A stretch of DNA of 64,000 nt, taken from a virus. Its lineage: Duplodnaviria; Heunggongvirae; Uroviricota; Caudoviricetes. The stretch is from IMG/VR virus record IMGVR_UViG_3300029969_000011; one strand, given 5' to 3'. Positions 37,204 through 51,321 of the stretch are shown here, in pieces. The number at the start of each line of letters is the position of its first letter. Within the stretch, counting starts at the first letter, position 1. The notes beneath the pieces were generated by a model. That model was given only the letters and a program-made list of their open reading frames with translations. It did not search any database and was not told the DNA's origin. The translations under genes were made by a program, and so were the position numbers.

Positions 37204-37704
37204 TCATACTGAAATATCATTTTCAATTAAATCATCGAAGCCCCAAAAGACAATTCTTAATTTTTCTTCGGTAATATGAGCACAGTATCCTCGAACCCCT
37301 CTTACTGGAGTATGAAAAATAGCTGTGTAAACTACACCTTTTATTATTTCTTGTTCAGAATAAAGTTCTTTTAGTTCTTCAAGAATTTCAAGGTAATCAT
37401 CTGGATTACTTAAATCATCATATGTGGATAAGTAATTTAATGCTACTGCAAACACGTCAAATGGCTCAGCCAAACCAATAAAGGTACGTGGCTCTATTAT
37501 AGGAACTTGTGCAAAGTATTCAGTAGGAATATCTACCTTAAACCCCGCTTCTCTTAGTTGCTTTTTAACTAAAGCAAGTAGAATAACTTTTTCTCCTTCT
37601 GATAAATTAAACATCGGAGTTTTACATTCTACCAAAGCCATATGTGCCGCGAGAGCAATTTCTATTACATAGTCCTCATTATCACATAATACTTTCGTTT
37701 TCAA
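37204..37704 (-). CDS. hypothetical protein
   Basis: 166-aa ORF, 4-nt overlap with helicase gene. Confidence 0.4.
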   Translation of the reverse strand: MKTKVLCDNEDYVIEIALAAHMALVECKTPMFNLSEGEKVILLALVKKQLREAGFKVDIPTEYFAQVPIIEPRTFIGLAEPFDVFAVALNYLSTYDDLSNPDDYLEILEELKELYSEQEIIKGVVYTAIFHTPVRGVRGYCAHITEEKLRIVFWGFDDLIENDISV

Positions 37705-38819
37705 AACTCAATCATCTCCGTGGTGGACTTATCAAAGATTCTGCCCGCCTCGGCTGATTTCGGAAGTGCTCTGTGACCTTTCTTAGTTCTTGGAGCAATA
37801 GCATTACACCAATATAATGCGTTCTCTGCTCTTGTTGCTGCGACGTATGAGATTTTACGTTCCTCTTCATTATAGAGACGTGCGCCTGTAACAATTACAT
37901 TTTTATTTTCAAGACCTTTAGCTGAATGAATAGTGAGAACCTTAACACGATTACTTGTTAAAAGTGCTGCGAGTTCATCCAAATCAAGGTCTCCCTTTTT
38001 AAAGGTGACGTTTGGAATTTTTCTACTGTTTAAAATATCCTGTGCCGCCGCAAGCTCATTATTGGTTCTGGTTAATATAAACCAAGAACCCCAGTTCTGT
38101 GAAAGCTCCAGTTCTTCAAGAGCTTCAATAAACGGCATACGCTCTTCTTTTCCTTCAAGAATACCTACCCTCGTTTTAACTGGCATTGAACTTGGACTTA
38201 GCTTTGTGTAAGAGTCCAAGAAACTTTCTGCAAAGCGAACAATGTTTGGTGCATTGCGGTAGTTTTCAGTTAAGTAATATTTTTTGAAATCGGTATCTTT
38301 CCACATAGAAATTAGGTATTCATCTGTACAACCTCGGAAGCCGTAGATAGCTTGTCTGTTATCTCCTACGAAAAAGATATTTTCGGTTGGAATTTTCATT
38401 AAAAATTGATATTCCAGAGGGCTTAAATCCTGACACTCATCAATAAGTAAATGCTTGATTTTAGGAAACTTTGAAGAAGGTATCTTTACTGCCCTTAGAA
38501 GAATAGCATCAAAGTCATAATCGTCAAGATACTTTTGAGTATCAATGCCGTTAATAGTACAAATCTTATTACCATAAGAATGGATAGTACCGATAAAAGC
38601 TCCTGATGCCGCCCCGCCTATACGACGTTTCATTTCATCAGCCGCCATATTAGTAAATGATATTGCAACTATATCTTGTGGAAAAACATTTTTTTCTTCT
38701 ATTAGAACTCGAACCCTTTCAGTTAAAACTCTTGTCTTTCCGCAGGCTGCGGTTGCGAGGCATAGTATTTTAGGCTCTTCAGCATAAATAACTTTCTTTT
38801 GTCTTTCATTAAAATTCAT
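37701..38819 (-). CDS. compact UvrD/PcrA-like helicase
   Basis: 372 aa; N-terminal CLATAACGKTRVLTERV...AISFTNMAADEM (UvrD motifs I/Ia) and C-terminal VLTIHSAKGLE (motif VI). Confidence 0.55.
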   Translation of the reverse strand: MNFNERQKKVIYAEEPKILCLATAACGKTRVLTERVRVLIEEKNVFPQDIVAISFTNMAADEMKRRIGGAASGAFIGTIHSYGNKICTINGIDTQKYLDDYDFDAILLRAVKIPSSKFPKIKHLLIDECQDLSPLEYQFLMKIPTENIFFVGDNRQAIYGFRGCTDEYLISMWKDTDFKKYYLTENYRNAPNIVRFAESFLDSYTKLSPSSMPVKTRVGILEGKEERMPFIEALEELELSQNWGSWFILTRTNNELAAAQDILNSRKIPNVTFKKGDLDLDELAALLTSNRVKVLTIHSAKGLENKNVIVTGARLYNEEERKISYVAATRAENALYWCNAIAPRTKKGHRALPKSAEAGRIFDKSTTEMIEF

Positions 38820-38885
38820 TCATACCTCTCCTCCAATTTGATTACTGTAAACATTATACCACAAGAAAAAGAAAAAGTCAATCAT

Positions 38886-39458
38886 TTAAGATTGACTTTC
38901 TTCTTCATCAAGTATTGCATCTTCCAAATTGGCAGCTCGTCTTTCCAAAACACCAATCTTATATATTAATTCATTCATATTAGGTTCTGCTGGACGCTCT
39001 TGCCATTCAGGAAGTGCAGGATAACGTCTTTTAAGAACATTATAAGTAATTCTATCGTAGTTAATGCCAGACTCATCGTGATAACCTTGATAAATAAAGT
39101 AAATGAAGTCGGGTCCTATAAGCCCCTCTGCAACTAACTCTTGATATTCTTCCCAAGTTTCATTGTAGTGATAAGGAAGGTATTCCCATTTATAGGTTAC
39201 ATCATTTGAATCTGTATCCTTGATATTGCCGCGAGCAAATTCTCGTGCAACTAATTCATCAATCTTAGCTTCTGTTAATGAAGCAATAAAACGATAGACA
39301 GTTTGTTTATCTTCATCACCATTAACATTAGAAAAGTCAAAATTCATTTCTGCTTTTCTTTCTCCGTCATTAGGCTCAAAAGTATATGTTTTCGGGGTGG
39401 CCTTTTCACCAGGCTCAGCCCCGATATCATATTTAAACTTCTTTGTAAAATCAGACAT
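38886..39458 (-). CDS. hypothetical protein
   Basis: 190-aa ORF. Confidence 0.4.
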   Translation of the reverse strand: MSDFTKKFKYDIGAEPGEKATPKTYTFEPNDGERKAEMNFDFSNVNGDEDKQTVYRFIASLTEAKIDELVAREFARGNIKDTDSNDVTYKWEYLPYHYNETWEEYQELVAEGLIGPDFIYFIYQGYHDESGINYDRITYNVLKRRYPALPEWQERPAEPNMNELIYKIGVLERRAANLEDAILDEEESQS

Positions 39459-40610
39459 TATTCATCGCTCCATAGAATTGCTGGAGATAATCTTCTGCTT
39501 TCTTATCAATTATGTAGAAATCAGCGCCATGCTTCTTTGGCAAGAATGTTGGCCAATCCCACCAAAAAACTCCAGCGAAGTATGGGTCGTCTTTGAATAC
39601 TTCCATACAAGACATATAGAAATTCAACTGTTCATCTTCATCATATGAGAGGCTTTCTGTAAAGTCCCAAGGATGAGCAGAAGCATTCATTACTGAGCGG
39701 CATCCTACTTCCATAAAAATAAATTGTTTGCCGCGGTCCTTCGCAATAGCATCAAGACGATAACGAATTTCCCACCATCTTTTTACAAGAGAGTCGTAGC
39801 TATTATCTACTGGTCCATCGAGGTACTCTGCACCGACTGGATAATAAGCAGAAGTGCCAAGATAATCACAAAGCTCAAACCATTGCTGGTCATCTTCATG
39901 GTCATGATTAGTGTTGTAAACAATTTTACCTTTATAAACACGACGGACTTCTTTAATTATATATTCCCAGTCATACTTACGGTGTTCAGTGCCAAGCATT
40001 TCACAGCCGATACATAGCATTTCTGCTCCACACTCTTGTGCTATTTCTGCGTAGTTGAGGATAAAGTTTTTATAGCTTTCAAACCAAGGGCCCCAATAAG
40101 CATTTAGGTCGTCCATATTGAGGTCTGGGAAGCCGATATGGGCTCTCCAAACATTATCTCTTGAATGTACCATAGGTTTTAAACAAACTTTAACCCCACG
40201 TTTATGCGCCGCCCTGACAAATTCTTTAATATCGCCTTCCGTTGGCGTTGCCAAGTGGTCTGCATAAATTCGAGTTGAATGATATGTGTCTTGATAGTTT
40301 ACTATTGTTAAGCAAACCCAATTATTATTAAGCTTATACATACGCTCCTGAGATTCTATTCCCTCAGCAGATTTAATTTCGCCTCTATTTGCGAAGTATC
40401 CATAAGTCATACCCCACATCTTCTCATTTTTATTGACTAGCGGCACAGGAGTCTTTGCTGTAGGGAAGGGTTCCCAAGGAAGTGCCGCCGAGATAAAAGG
40501 TGCACCGTCTGAATATCCGATATTAGGCCCACCGATATATGATGTTAATCCAGTCGCTCCATCGGTTCCATAGAACTAAGGAGGATTTGGATATATCATT
40601 TCTGTACTCA
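39451..40610 (-). CDS. TIM-barrel glycoside hydrolase with one in-frame TAG
   Basis: ORF 39451..40446 (GTG start in track) extends in frame to ATG 40608-40610 (GGGAGGG RBS) across a single TAG at about 40573; sequence features suggest a glycoside hydrolase. Confidence 0.45.
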
Positions 40611-40703
40611 TTTGCTATATCCCTCCCAAAAAATTTCACTATTTAAATAAGGTATCATACCTTATATTATAATATTAACATAAATTTTGAAAAAAGTCAA
40701 ATA

Positions 40704-41807
40704 TTAAACTGGTTCGTTGTATATAAATTCTGTTAATGAATTGCCATTATAAATAACTTCTGTCATTTGATTTCCGTCATAATAAAATGGAACACCAGTT
40801 GGAGGTGGTGGCGGATTTTCTGGTATATCAAGCATAACTGGAATATACGGGAATCCGTTATTTCTGTTCGGGTCAATGTGCCAATCTGTTGTTGCAGCTG
40901 AGTCAGTGCTGATTATGAAACCTTTGCTGTCAAGGTCGCTTTTGGACTTCATTTCTATTGTAGTTGCGCCAATTGTGCCTGTAGGTAATGTACCGCTGTA
41001 TTTATCAGTATTAACTAAGACGGAACTCATTTGTCCATAGTCCAAACGGAATCCGCCGGAAATATCGGCATTTATAACAGTCTTTTGAAAAGTAGTAATA
41101 TAAGAAAATCCAGCTATACCAGATACGTTACCTTCAATATAACAATAGTAAAAAGCACCATATAACTCATAATCATTGTTTTCATAGGTTGCACGAATAT
41201 TACAATATCTAATTCCAGCTTGCCAGTTCACTCCATTTGTAATCGAGCCGTCACCATTAAATGTTAGATTAAAACTACATACATCGATATATCCTAACAT
41301 ATATGTAACGTCAATTATAGCATTATATTCTTGACCAACAGAATATTTCTAAGCTGCTTCAAGACTACCTAAAAAACGACAATACCTTATAAAAGTTCCA
41401 CTACCAGAAGTTTGTGCTGAAGCCAATAATGCCACCGAAGCTCTCTATGAAGTATTTCCAGTCATATGTGCTGCAACACCATTAGAATCGACTATGAAAT
41501 CAATGAAATCAAGATATTCAACTCGACCACTGGCTTCATGTCCAGAAATTATAAATCCATAGTAGCTATAAGTGCCTGAAGTATTAGTAACTTTGGCATT
41601 TTTTATCTACCAGCCATTACCGTTGATAAATCCACGCAGCGGTATGTTATGCACTTCTCCATCTGTGTAGTAGTCACGCATATCAAATACGCCGCCACCC
41701 TCTGGTAATTCAGTATACTTATTATCTGCTGTGGTGCATTGTAGAAATTCTTCCCAAGTCGTAGGCTTGTAAGGGTCTGCAGATGTGCCGCTGCCCGTTA
41801 TCGCCAT
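40704..41807 (-). CDS. tail-associated structural protein with in-frame TAG codons
   Basis: Frame-2 ORFs 40704..41300 and 41607..41807 joined across TAGs; ATG 41805-41807 with GGAGGTGG RBS overlapping the TAA of the upstream fibre gene (TAATG). Confidence 0.45.
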
Positions 41808-44800
41808 TAATTTCCACCTCCATCGACAAAGTACATAATACCAGGTTCAGTTGCTTCAGAAGCAGACTAAACAACTTGAATTGGAATTTGAGTTAATAAT
41901 GCTTTGAGTGCTTCAAGCTATTTGAAACTAAATGATATTTCTTCATTAGTATTTGGATTACTTAAAGTAATACCACTTTCACCGCCTACCACTTCTGCTT
42001 TAATTCTAATACCATTATATAATCTAAATTCTGAATCATCAGTAATTTCTACAATAGGATTATTAGCATAGCTATTCAAGTGAGCATTACTATTATAGTA
42101 ATATCTATATACTATTGTAATAGAATCGTTAGAATTTAAAATAATACTCTCATACTGGTCAACAATCTATCCACTTAAGAAAGTTTCAAAATCAGCATAG
42201 TCAGCACCTGCTTCAAACTGTTTAATAAATTCATATTTATCAGTTAAATCATAAGTCTCAGTAGGAGTAAAAGTATAGCTCAAATGAGAATATGCTCCTT
42301 GGCTCCAACCTTCTCTAAGTACACAGTTAACAGGTCCGTATGCCTGAATAATTGGAGACTAATCCCAAGTCTCAGTACCAACTCTATCTGCTGTTTGAAT
42401 TGGACGATACCATTCTTTACCTAAATGTTGTGCCGCGCCCTAATATACAGAAGTTGTTGCTACTTTGTATCTTGGATGTTCTGCCGCATCATAGGTTCCT
42501 GTTTCTGCATTAGAGAAATCATAAGCTCCTACATTATAAGGTTTAGAAGAACTCTGATTTAAGAAGGTTTGAATATCTTCTGGTAAATCAGCATAAGGAG
42601 TATTAGGATAATTAAGTTTGTAATCAGTAGTATTATTTACAGTATTTTTAACTAAATAACTGTCGTATTCTGCAATAAAATTCTTTACCTTATAATAATA
42701 GTATCCATATCTTTGCTGATAATAAGTAACTGTACAATTAGTTCCAGCAACAACTCGGTCACATTTAAAAGCATTTCTAAAGAATGCTTGTACTTTACTA
42801 TTATTAAAGAAAGTGCTTGCGCTGGTTGATATATATGAATCAATATAAACTGTATATTCAGAAGAAACTAAATCTTTAACATTTTTAACTTCAAGTGACT
42901 CAATGTACTCATATAAGCTAACTTCAGACCAAGAAGTGTAAGCATTTTTTAATACTATCTGATAATTACTATTATCTTCTCCTCCTACTATATTACGGAC
43001 TCCCTTCTTAATGCCTGCTTCCGCACCGCTCATATTAGAAGAGCCTATATATTTATAAATATAATCCTTTTTATCAGTAACAGTATGAGTTTTTGTAATT
43101 GTTATATTAGTAATATCCAAATAATATGAACCTAAATAATAACGATATGTTGTAGAACTACCAGAATAACGTGATAATTGAGCATCTGATTTAAGGGTAA
43201 GAGCAAAATTATTTCCGTATCCAAAAGTATCTCTTATCCAGTCTTTAAATTCTTGTGACTATACTAATGTACTTTCCGTATAATAAGTATTAGAATTAAA
43301 ATACTAAGTTGTATTCCAGTTAATTATTTTAACATTATTAATTGTTAAAGTTTCTGTATATTTTATTGGAAGTTTTGTTTTAGATGTTCCAGTAAATCTA
43401 TTCCAAGTGTAATCATCATTATGAGGGTCGCCATTTGGTAGAGTAGTTGCATTTTTTAATTCAGTCGCAAATTGAGTTTCAATATCAGAAGTTGACATAT
43501 TGCTTAAATCAGTATCAACAACAATTTCGCCCTAAACAGAAATTTCCTTAGTTGTTTCATACATTTTTGGATAATGCTCATATTTAGTTCTACTATACTT
43601 TTCAGCTACAGGATTGACTTCGCTATTTCTTAAAATTACAGTACCGCTCCAAGACTCTAAATGAGTATTGCCGTCAATCTAAATAAAAGAATCATTACCT
43701 TCAAATATTCCCTTAAATCTATCCCATTGACAAATAATCTCACTATGTTTTGGTTCTACTGTTAAACCAAAAGCATACTTAGGGTCAAATTTAATTGCTG
43801 TAGTTCCACTTGGTTCAAAAAAGATAGAAGTCTCTGCAGAACTATCTGGACCAAATCGGAAATATGTACTACTTCCGTCATTAGGAACAATGTCTCCAAT
43901 AAGTTTAGAATTTCCTCCAATTCCATATTTAATTTGAGTTGTACTATTTCCACCACAAGAAGCTACAATACCAATAGTAGAACTATCTCTTGTTGCTAAT
44001 TGCATACCCAATCTACCTGATTCTGAAGAACAGATATGCATACTAACAGGTCCTTCATAAGCAACTAAAGGATAACCTATATACTTTTTCATTATATTTA
44101 AATCATCAAACTTAGTATTTATACTACAATGAGGATGGTCATAATCAAAAGTTCCAATCTAACTATGTTCAATACAGTTAGCTCTTGTACTATAATCTAC
44201 CCAACTACCATTAAAGAAAATATTTGAACTACCATCCCATCCATCATGGTCTTTTCCATTAGTAATGGCACCACTACCAAAAACCATCTGTCCTCTATCG
44301 ACAGAAACACAAGCAGGAAATTCTTCAGTACCTCTCATTCTTACCATAGACCCTGGATGAATATAAACTTGGGTTCTGTAACCTTCCTATAATTTAATTC
44401 CATGATTAGTATCGTGATATCCATTAGAATACTGACCACCATTAATATGAATATCAGCATTACCAGATAAAATTGCTGTCGCATTATTTCTCATTTGTAA
44501 AGTAGCTCTTTCATAAATAGAAACTGTTGCTCCGTCATGAATTTGGAGTATAGGAGAATTATCATTATCTCTGCCACTAAAAGGATTAATATACTTTCTA
44601 ATATCTTCTCTGTCGGGATGAGCCTATCCAAGCCAATAATTAGGTCCTGGATTAGCATACATATCAATTAAACAGTTACCTCTCATTGAAATAGCCGGAG
44701 TGCTACGAGGGTCTGCTCCGCCAAGCATTTCAATTTTTGCAGTTCCTTTAATTTTAATAGTAGGGCTTGTCAAAGTTTCTTCAAAGTCTTCTCCGCCCCA

Positions 44801-45358
44801 CCATTTTATACCACTATATACAGTTTCTTTTGTGCCTATTTCAATTTTTGAGTCTCCATAAATTTTAGCTATAGCAGAATCTGCACTGCTAAAACCATTT
44901 TTTAAATAGGTAATTGGATAATTAAACACGCCCTAAGTTGAGGCAGGTTTTATTGTACCAAAAGCGGTTTCAAATGGAGGTCCTTCAATCATTCCAATTC
45001 CGAAATAAGTTGGTGAAGGAGTTACTCCACCTGTCACAGGAGTTATATTATTATCTTTCCAAAATGGCATACTATAAAGATTACAGTCATTTCCTTTTGC
45101 CCATTCTTTAGGTTCAACATTTCCAGTTCCAGTAAGTAACTGAGAGTAGCTTGCCTTAATCGGAGGAACATCTGCTCCGAGTGGATAAAACCGCTCAGTT
45201 TCAATGTCATAGCGATAAGGGATATTTGTTTCTTCGACTATATATAAATGGTTCTCTTTCTTATCGGTTAAATCGAAAAGGTCTTCATAGGCATAGACAG
45301 TAGTTACGTCATCTTCTGCTGCACCGAAAGGAATCCCATTACGAAATATAATTCCCAT
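41807..45358 (-). CDS. large tail fibre / receptor-binding protein (about 1183 codons) with many in-frame TAG codons
   Basis: Six frame-1 ORF fragments (42440..43120 to 44933..45358) separated only by TAG; hand translation of 41807-42440 shows only TAG interruptions ending at TAA 41807-41809; N-terminus MGIIFRNGIPFGAAEDD paralogous to the gene at 47565. Confidence 0.5.
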
Positions 45359-45435
45359 TTATTATGACCTCCTATCATAGTGTGCCGCCCCTCAGATTTT
45401 TAGAAGGGCGGCGCATTTAATTTATATTATTCTCT

Positions 45436-47565
45436 TTAAGTTTGTGGATGAATTATATTATATAAAGCCTATAAATCTGCCATACTAAAAGTAACGTCAG
45501 TAGTACCATCGCTAAATGTAAATTCAACCTCTGATGTTCCCTATTCAGCTTTAATCGTTGCGCCATCACGAAGACGAAGTTCTGACTCACCATACATTTC
45601 AAATACAGGAGCATGAGTAGATGTAGCTGAAGCAAGTCTTGGAATATCATTTGTAAATTTATATCTAATATGAACGATATAACTACTATTATTACTTTCA
45701 TTATTTATAGTATATGATATTAAAGTTCTATTATATGTAGCAAGTTCATCTAAAAAGTCTTGATATTTAGTAGAAGCCTCAAAATCTGATTTTGACATTG
45801 TTGTATTATTTGTAAAACTATATTCTCCAGTATACTCTCTTGAAATATCTGCCGCCATTGCAAAGTTAGATTCATCATACATCTAAAAGACAGGTTCAGA
45901 ATCATTCTATACAAATACAGTCCAATCTCTTCCTAAATGTGAATTGCTTGGGTGGCCACCATAAATGATATTTTCATTTGCAGGAGTTGTGGTTCTCATT
46001 ATAAATGAGCCACCATGTAATTCGCTATGGAAACTTCCTGATGTTTGAATATAAGCATTATCTCCTTCAATTAAAGCATCTAATGCACTCCATTGGCAAG
46101 TTATTTCAGTCGCTACATTTGGAGTAAAAGATATAGCACAGCTACCCTTTGGTGAGTAATTAATACTTGAAACACCATTTGGACAATAGTTAAAAACTGT
46201 ATTACTACTGCCGGCTGGTTCAATGTTGTAAGCTGCGACAGCATTTTTGCCGTGACACATATTAAACATTACTATTGCGCCGCTATCTGTACCAATCTTA
46301 ATATCTTCATAACCATATCCACTCCAGTCAATGGATGTATAAGCACCGCCACTTGGAGCTATTTTTGCAGCTAAATATCCGCTATCACCAATTGATAAAT
46401 GAGTTTTACCCATGATATTTAATGTAGGCTAAAAAAGTTTTGGCATTAAAGTAGAAGGAAGACTACCTGGGCTAACACTGGAATTATAAATAAAATTACG
46501 ATGATTATATAATCTATAGGAAAAACTAATTATACGACTACTTAAAGTGGCACCAAAATCATGGTCACTTGAATTATAATCATAAATTCCATTATGAATA
46601 CCATGCTATGCAGTTATTAAAAGTTTACCAGGACCGTCTCCACTGCTACTACTTTCAAGAGCAATCATTGGTCCATATTCGCCGCCATAGGTACCTGTTG
46701 ACCTTGTCATTCTAATCATTGCGCCCGGTTCCATATATAAACCAGTTCTTATTTGACCAGAATTAATCTGTTTACCATTAAGGTCAGTTAATGCTCCACC
46801 ACGGATAACAACATCTGCATTACCAGCCATTTCAAGACCCGCACTGTCTGCCATTTTAATAATAGAAGCGCCTTCCATTATAACCGTACTTGAATTTGAC
46901 ATATGGAAATATGGAAAAATTTCTGCATCACTTAAACGAGTATAGTTACTACCATAAGGAGAGTAACCTTGATAGGCATAATAAGCAACTTCAGACAGAC
47001 ATTTGTCACCAGAGCTATGCCTTGGTAAAGCGCGAGTATAGGTCTTCTAATTATTATGGTCCTAATAGGCATACATTTCAAAAATACCGGCTCCAAGCAT
47101 TGAGATGACAGGAGAACTTCCTTCTCTTTTCATCATCTATAGTAATGGAGAACCATACATAAAGAACTTGGCATTATTTTTATTTTCGCCCCAATATAAT
47201 TCTGAAACATCAGTTGTACTTCCTATTTCTATTGCTGTCATAGAAGTTTTCAATTTTGCAATGGATGAAACAGCGCCAGGACTTCCTATTGTCTCTGCAA
47301 ACCAAAAGCTATGAGGCTTTACTCCACCTTCTCCGTCACCTATTACTATTTCATTCTCATCTGCCGCGATATTAAAAGTTGCAGACAAAGGAACAAACTC
47401 TCTGTTCTCAACATCCCAATAATACTCAGTATTATCAGAAGTAGTAACATATAAATGATTTGTTTCTTTATTTGGCAGATTAGTTAAATCCTCAAAATTA
47501 GTTACAATAGTAACATCTTCTTTCGCCGCCCCAAAAGGTCTACCATTTCTAAATATAACTCCCAT
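45436..47565 (-). CDS. tail fibre paralog (about 709 codons) with in-frame TAG codons
   Basis: Frame-0 ORFs 45541..45882, 45907..46413, 46606..46902, 47137..47565 joined across TAGs (verified at 45541, 45883 and 45907); ends at TAA 45436-45438; GAGGAGG RBS; N-terminus MGVIFRNGRPFGAAKED. Confidence 0.5.
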
Positions 47566-47958
47566 TAAGTATCAACCTCCTCTTCTGCATCAGGGTCGAA
47601 TTCGGGGTGGTCTTCCTAATAAGCTGCGACAAGTTTATCATACTTAGTCATTAATTCATTTACTTTGTTAAGTAAATATTCAACAGCATCAGAAAACTCT
47701 ATATCTGTAACAAAGAATATTTGGTCTTTGTACTAATTCATAAAGTCTGGCTGTTCAGCGAGAGCAACATAATCATCCCAGGTTATGTCCTACTCATGCA
47801 TTTTACGCTGTTCATTTGCCATTTCCTTTGCACCTCCGTACAATTTGTTTTCTACATAATAAAGTAGAGATTTGAGTCGAAACGTCTAATCCTTTACTTA
47901 TTGATATTATAGCATAAAAATAGAGAGAAGTCAAGTGTTGACTTCTCTCTTTTTAATA

Positions 47959-50900
47959 TTAGCTTATATGCTTATCTATTCTTGTAATTGTAAGAGCTTC
48001 TGTTGGTATATTTGTTGCTTTCCAAGCTGAAGATTGACGTCCAGAGCTCTCATTTGGCCATAAGAATGTATATGGAGAATTAGCAATTTTCTTTCCATAG
48101 AACATTGGATAATGGAAGTCACAATCTCCATTTGGATTGTCCCAATTATGTCCATTATGGTCTACGTTGCCTTTTCCAGTAGGCATATCTGCCGCCGCAC
48201 CAATGATAATATAACCAATAGGAGGACGATTAAATATCCACTCTCCATTACTTACCCAGCAATTATCTATATTATGAGCTAAATATCTTGCTTCTGTTGA
48301 ACTTGTTGCAACGTCTTTGGCTATTTCTCCCCAGTTGAATAATATAAAAGCAGTATGACTTAAATCAGCATAAACATCTTTTTCATAGCTATCATTTTGA
48401 GCTTCATAGTCATAACAAATTGGTATAATAAATACCTAACGAGCATGACGTACATTAGAAACAAATGCGTCTCCATAATCGGCAATATCAGTCATTACAC
48501 AAGGTTCTAAAGCCGGATTTACTCTATTTGGATACTAAGCTAATGCAAATGCATTACCATAAATTAATCCAATTGACTCAATAAAAGCATTAATTTTAGC
48601 CATACCTCTTACTTCATTATTTACATCTATTAAGTCTGTCATATAAGAAGTAGCAACTCTTCCACTTGATGCATCGCCATTTATATTAATAAAATTAGTG
48701 AATAATCCTTGAGTATACCAACCACCAGTTACAGTATAAGATTGTCCATCCCAAGTATAAGTTTGGGCTGCTACTGCGTTAAGAGGAATAGTTCCATCCT
48801 TTACCCCTGAACTTAAAGTTAATCTTCTTGTTCCTTTTAATCCTCCATATCCACTATTTACAGTATCTATAAGATAACGGAATTGACTTTCATATCCTAC
48901 ACTTGGGTCTTGGTTAGCAGCTGAAGACCAGCACATTCCAGTATTATTGATTCCTTGTGAAATTCTGCCTTGAATCAATCCATTTGGACGTGCGCCACCA
49001 GAAGTAACATATGTCATTGAGCCACTACTACCAGTTTCTCCAGCTATTGTAAGATAAGAATAGCAGCCAAGACCTGAACGGACAATTGTTGTGCTTGCAC
49101 TTTCACTAACTTCTTTCAGCTCTCCTGTACAAGGTGCTGTTAAAGACTCTGTTGGTTTAAGCATATTTGAAAGCTAAATTAAATCTCTATATTTTTCTCC
49201 TGATTTATCTGTTAAACTTGGCTATAAATATTGAATACCTATTCCAGTTTTTCTTCCATAAACAGTATCCTTAAGAACAAAGCTTGGAGAATAACGATAT
49301 GTCGCTCTTGAGCAACATTCAAGATGCAAATTTAATGGCTAATAATTAGTATAATCACTAACACCGCCAGGCAATGAACCATCAATACCTTTAACATATG
49401 CCTTATCTGTATTAACTTTAGATGGGTCAAAATTAATCATTATTAATTCTAATTCTGCAACAGAATTATTAGGCATAGCAAGAACCTTAGTCGCATCATA
49501 CTTATAAGTAGCTCTACCGCTACTTTTGTTAGAGATAATTATTTCTGCCAAACTAAATTCATTAGAACCAGCTTCTCTATAATAAGCATAATAAGTTGGA
49601 TTATACATAATTATATTTAAATCTTTAATAAATTCAAAATCTGCTCCATTTGCTACCATATTATCTAATGTTTTCAAATACCATCCATCTCTTGTAGAAC
49701 CAGTATTTGCACTTGAAGCATCTACAGAAATATTATAGAAAAATGGATGTACCATTTTCTTTCCCTATATCTGTGATTTTGAAGTTGGGTTATCAGCAAC
49801 ATCAAAAGCAACTGTTGATTGATATAAATCCCATAAATTTAAAGATGTTGTACTATTATTTTGGCCGCCATTTGGATATGCGCCAGTTTTATTCCAAGAA
49901 GAACAAAATGACTCCCAATCAGTATAGTCCAATTCTCTACTATAATTACTTAAATTATTATAAATTGGTACTTTAATTTGTCTTGCTCCACTACCTTTCT
50001 AAATATTAACATAAAGATTTGTTAAAGTATATCCCTGGCACATTGAAGCAAATTTATCTCCAACAAGTTTTACCTAAGTCTGTCCATCAAGACCAAGTAA
50101 CAAATTAATCAAATTTACTTCACTGGTAATTTTATTAAGTTGTTTAATAATAGTATTGATAGCATCTACAATACCATCATCTCTCCAAACAGCCTCAACT
50201 AAAGCGTCGCAAACCTATCCAAGAACCCAAAAATTCTTATCTAAATCTTCTACTTCCACTCTACGAGAGTAGCGAGGCATAAGTAAATTCAAATAACTAC
50301 TGAGTTTAGATAGTCTATTTGAAGGGAAAATACCTGTCTCTTTAACATATGCAATAAAATCTTCTTTAGTTACATATGCTTTTTGAGTTTCATTTCTTTT
50401 ATTAATCTAATCTACAATAACCAAAATTTTTGTAGATAGTCTTGCGTCTATTAAAATTCCACCATCATAATGGACGGTATCCGCTTTATTTACAAAGTCA
50501 GTAGCACATTCAGTAAGAGTCTTTCCCTAAGCATTAAAATAACAAGTATATTCTTCTCTTTCAGGCTATGGAGTACCACTTTCTGGATAATATGATGTAT
50601 CAAAACAATCTAAGTATAATGTTCCATTTGTTCTCTTAACAATAGGAATGGACTAAGAGTGATAATTTATTGAACCATCTACATAATCTAATAAGACATC
50701 ATGTCTTCCTTCATTTTCATCCCATATGCGGTCAACTACAGTAGCTATTGAATTGTTCCACTTAACAGGGTCTAATTCTGTAATTTCCTGTATATCTCCA
50801 TATTCAAAAACTCTATTGAAAAATCCAACTGGCTAAGTAGCAGAACCTGTTGAATAAACAGCATACATAGCGAGACTAATTCTTGCATCATCTATACCAA

Positions 50901-51321
50901 GAACGCCATCATTACCGAAATCAAGTAAATCATAAAGCTGTTCGAGAGTAAGATTACCAACAAGGTATTCATCTTCAGGAATGTCGCCACCTTCTTCAAG
51001 AATTTTATTAGTAAAGTCCATATTCTTGATATGCATCGGAATCTCATCGTGGCGTGCTTCTCTATACTCAAGTCCAAGTTTATTAATTAAAGGTCTTGGA
51101 TTCAAATAGTCTGGTAGTGTTCCTGTTGCATCAGCCTACAAAAGAGTTCTTCTATACTAATCATCGAAAAGAGCTCTACTACCACCTATAGTATTATCAC
51201 CATTTTTAGTTTCGTCTATGTATAAATTAGTAGTAAGCTAATCAATTATACTATCCCAATCTATCATACCATTCGCATCTTTTTCAAGAAGGGTAGGCTC
51301 TAATATAATATCTTTACTCAT
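47959..51321 (-). CDS. large virion/tail protein (about 1120 codons) with in-frame TAG codons
   Basis: Frame-0 fragments 47959..48186, 48535..49164, 49339..49755, 50833..51105 plus upstream extension to ATG 51319-51321 (GGAGGAGG RBS); TAGs verified at 51136, 51157, 51238 and 48535; ends TAA 47959. Confidence 0.4.

Noticed and set aside
45453-45701. ORFs 45453..45701, 43762..43956 and 50892..51077
   Set aside because: Out-of-frame with, and embedded inside, the TAG-joined fibre genes.
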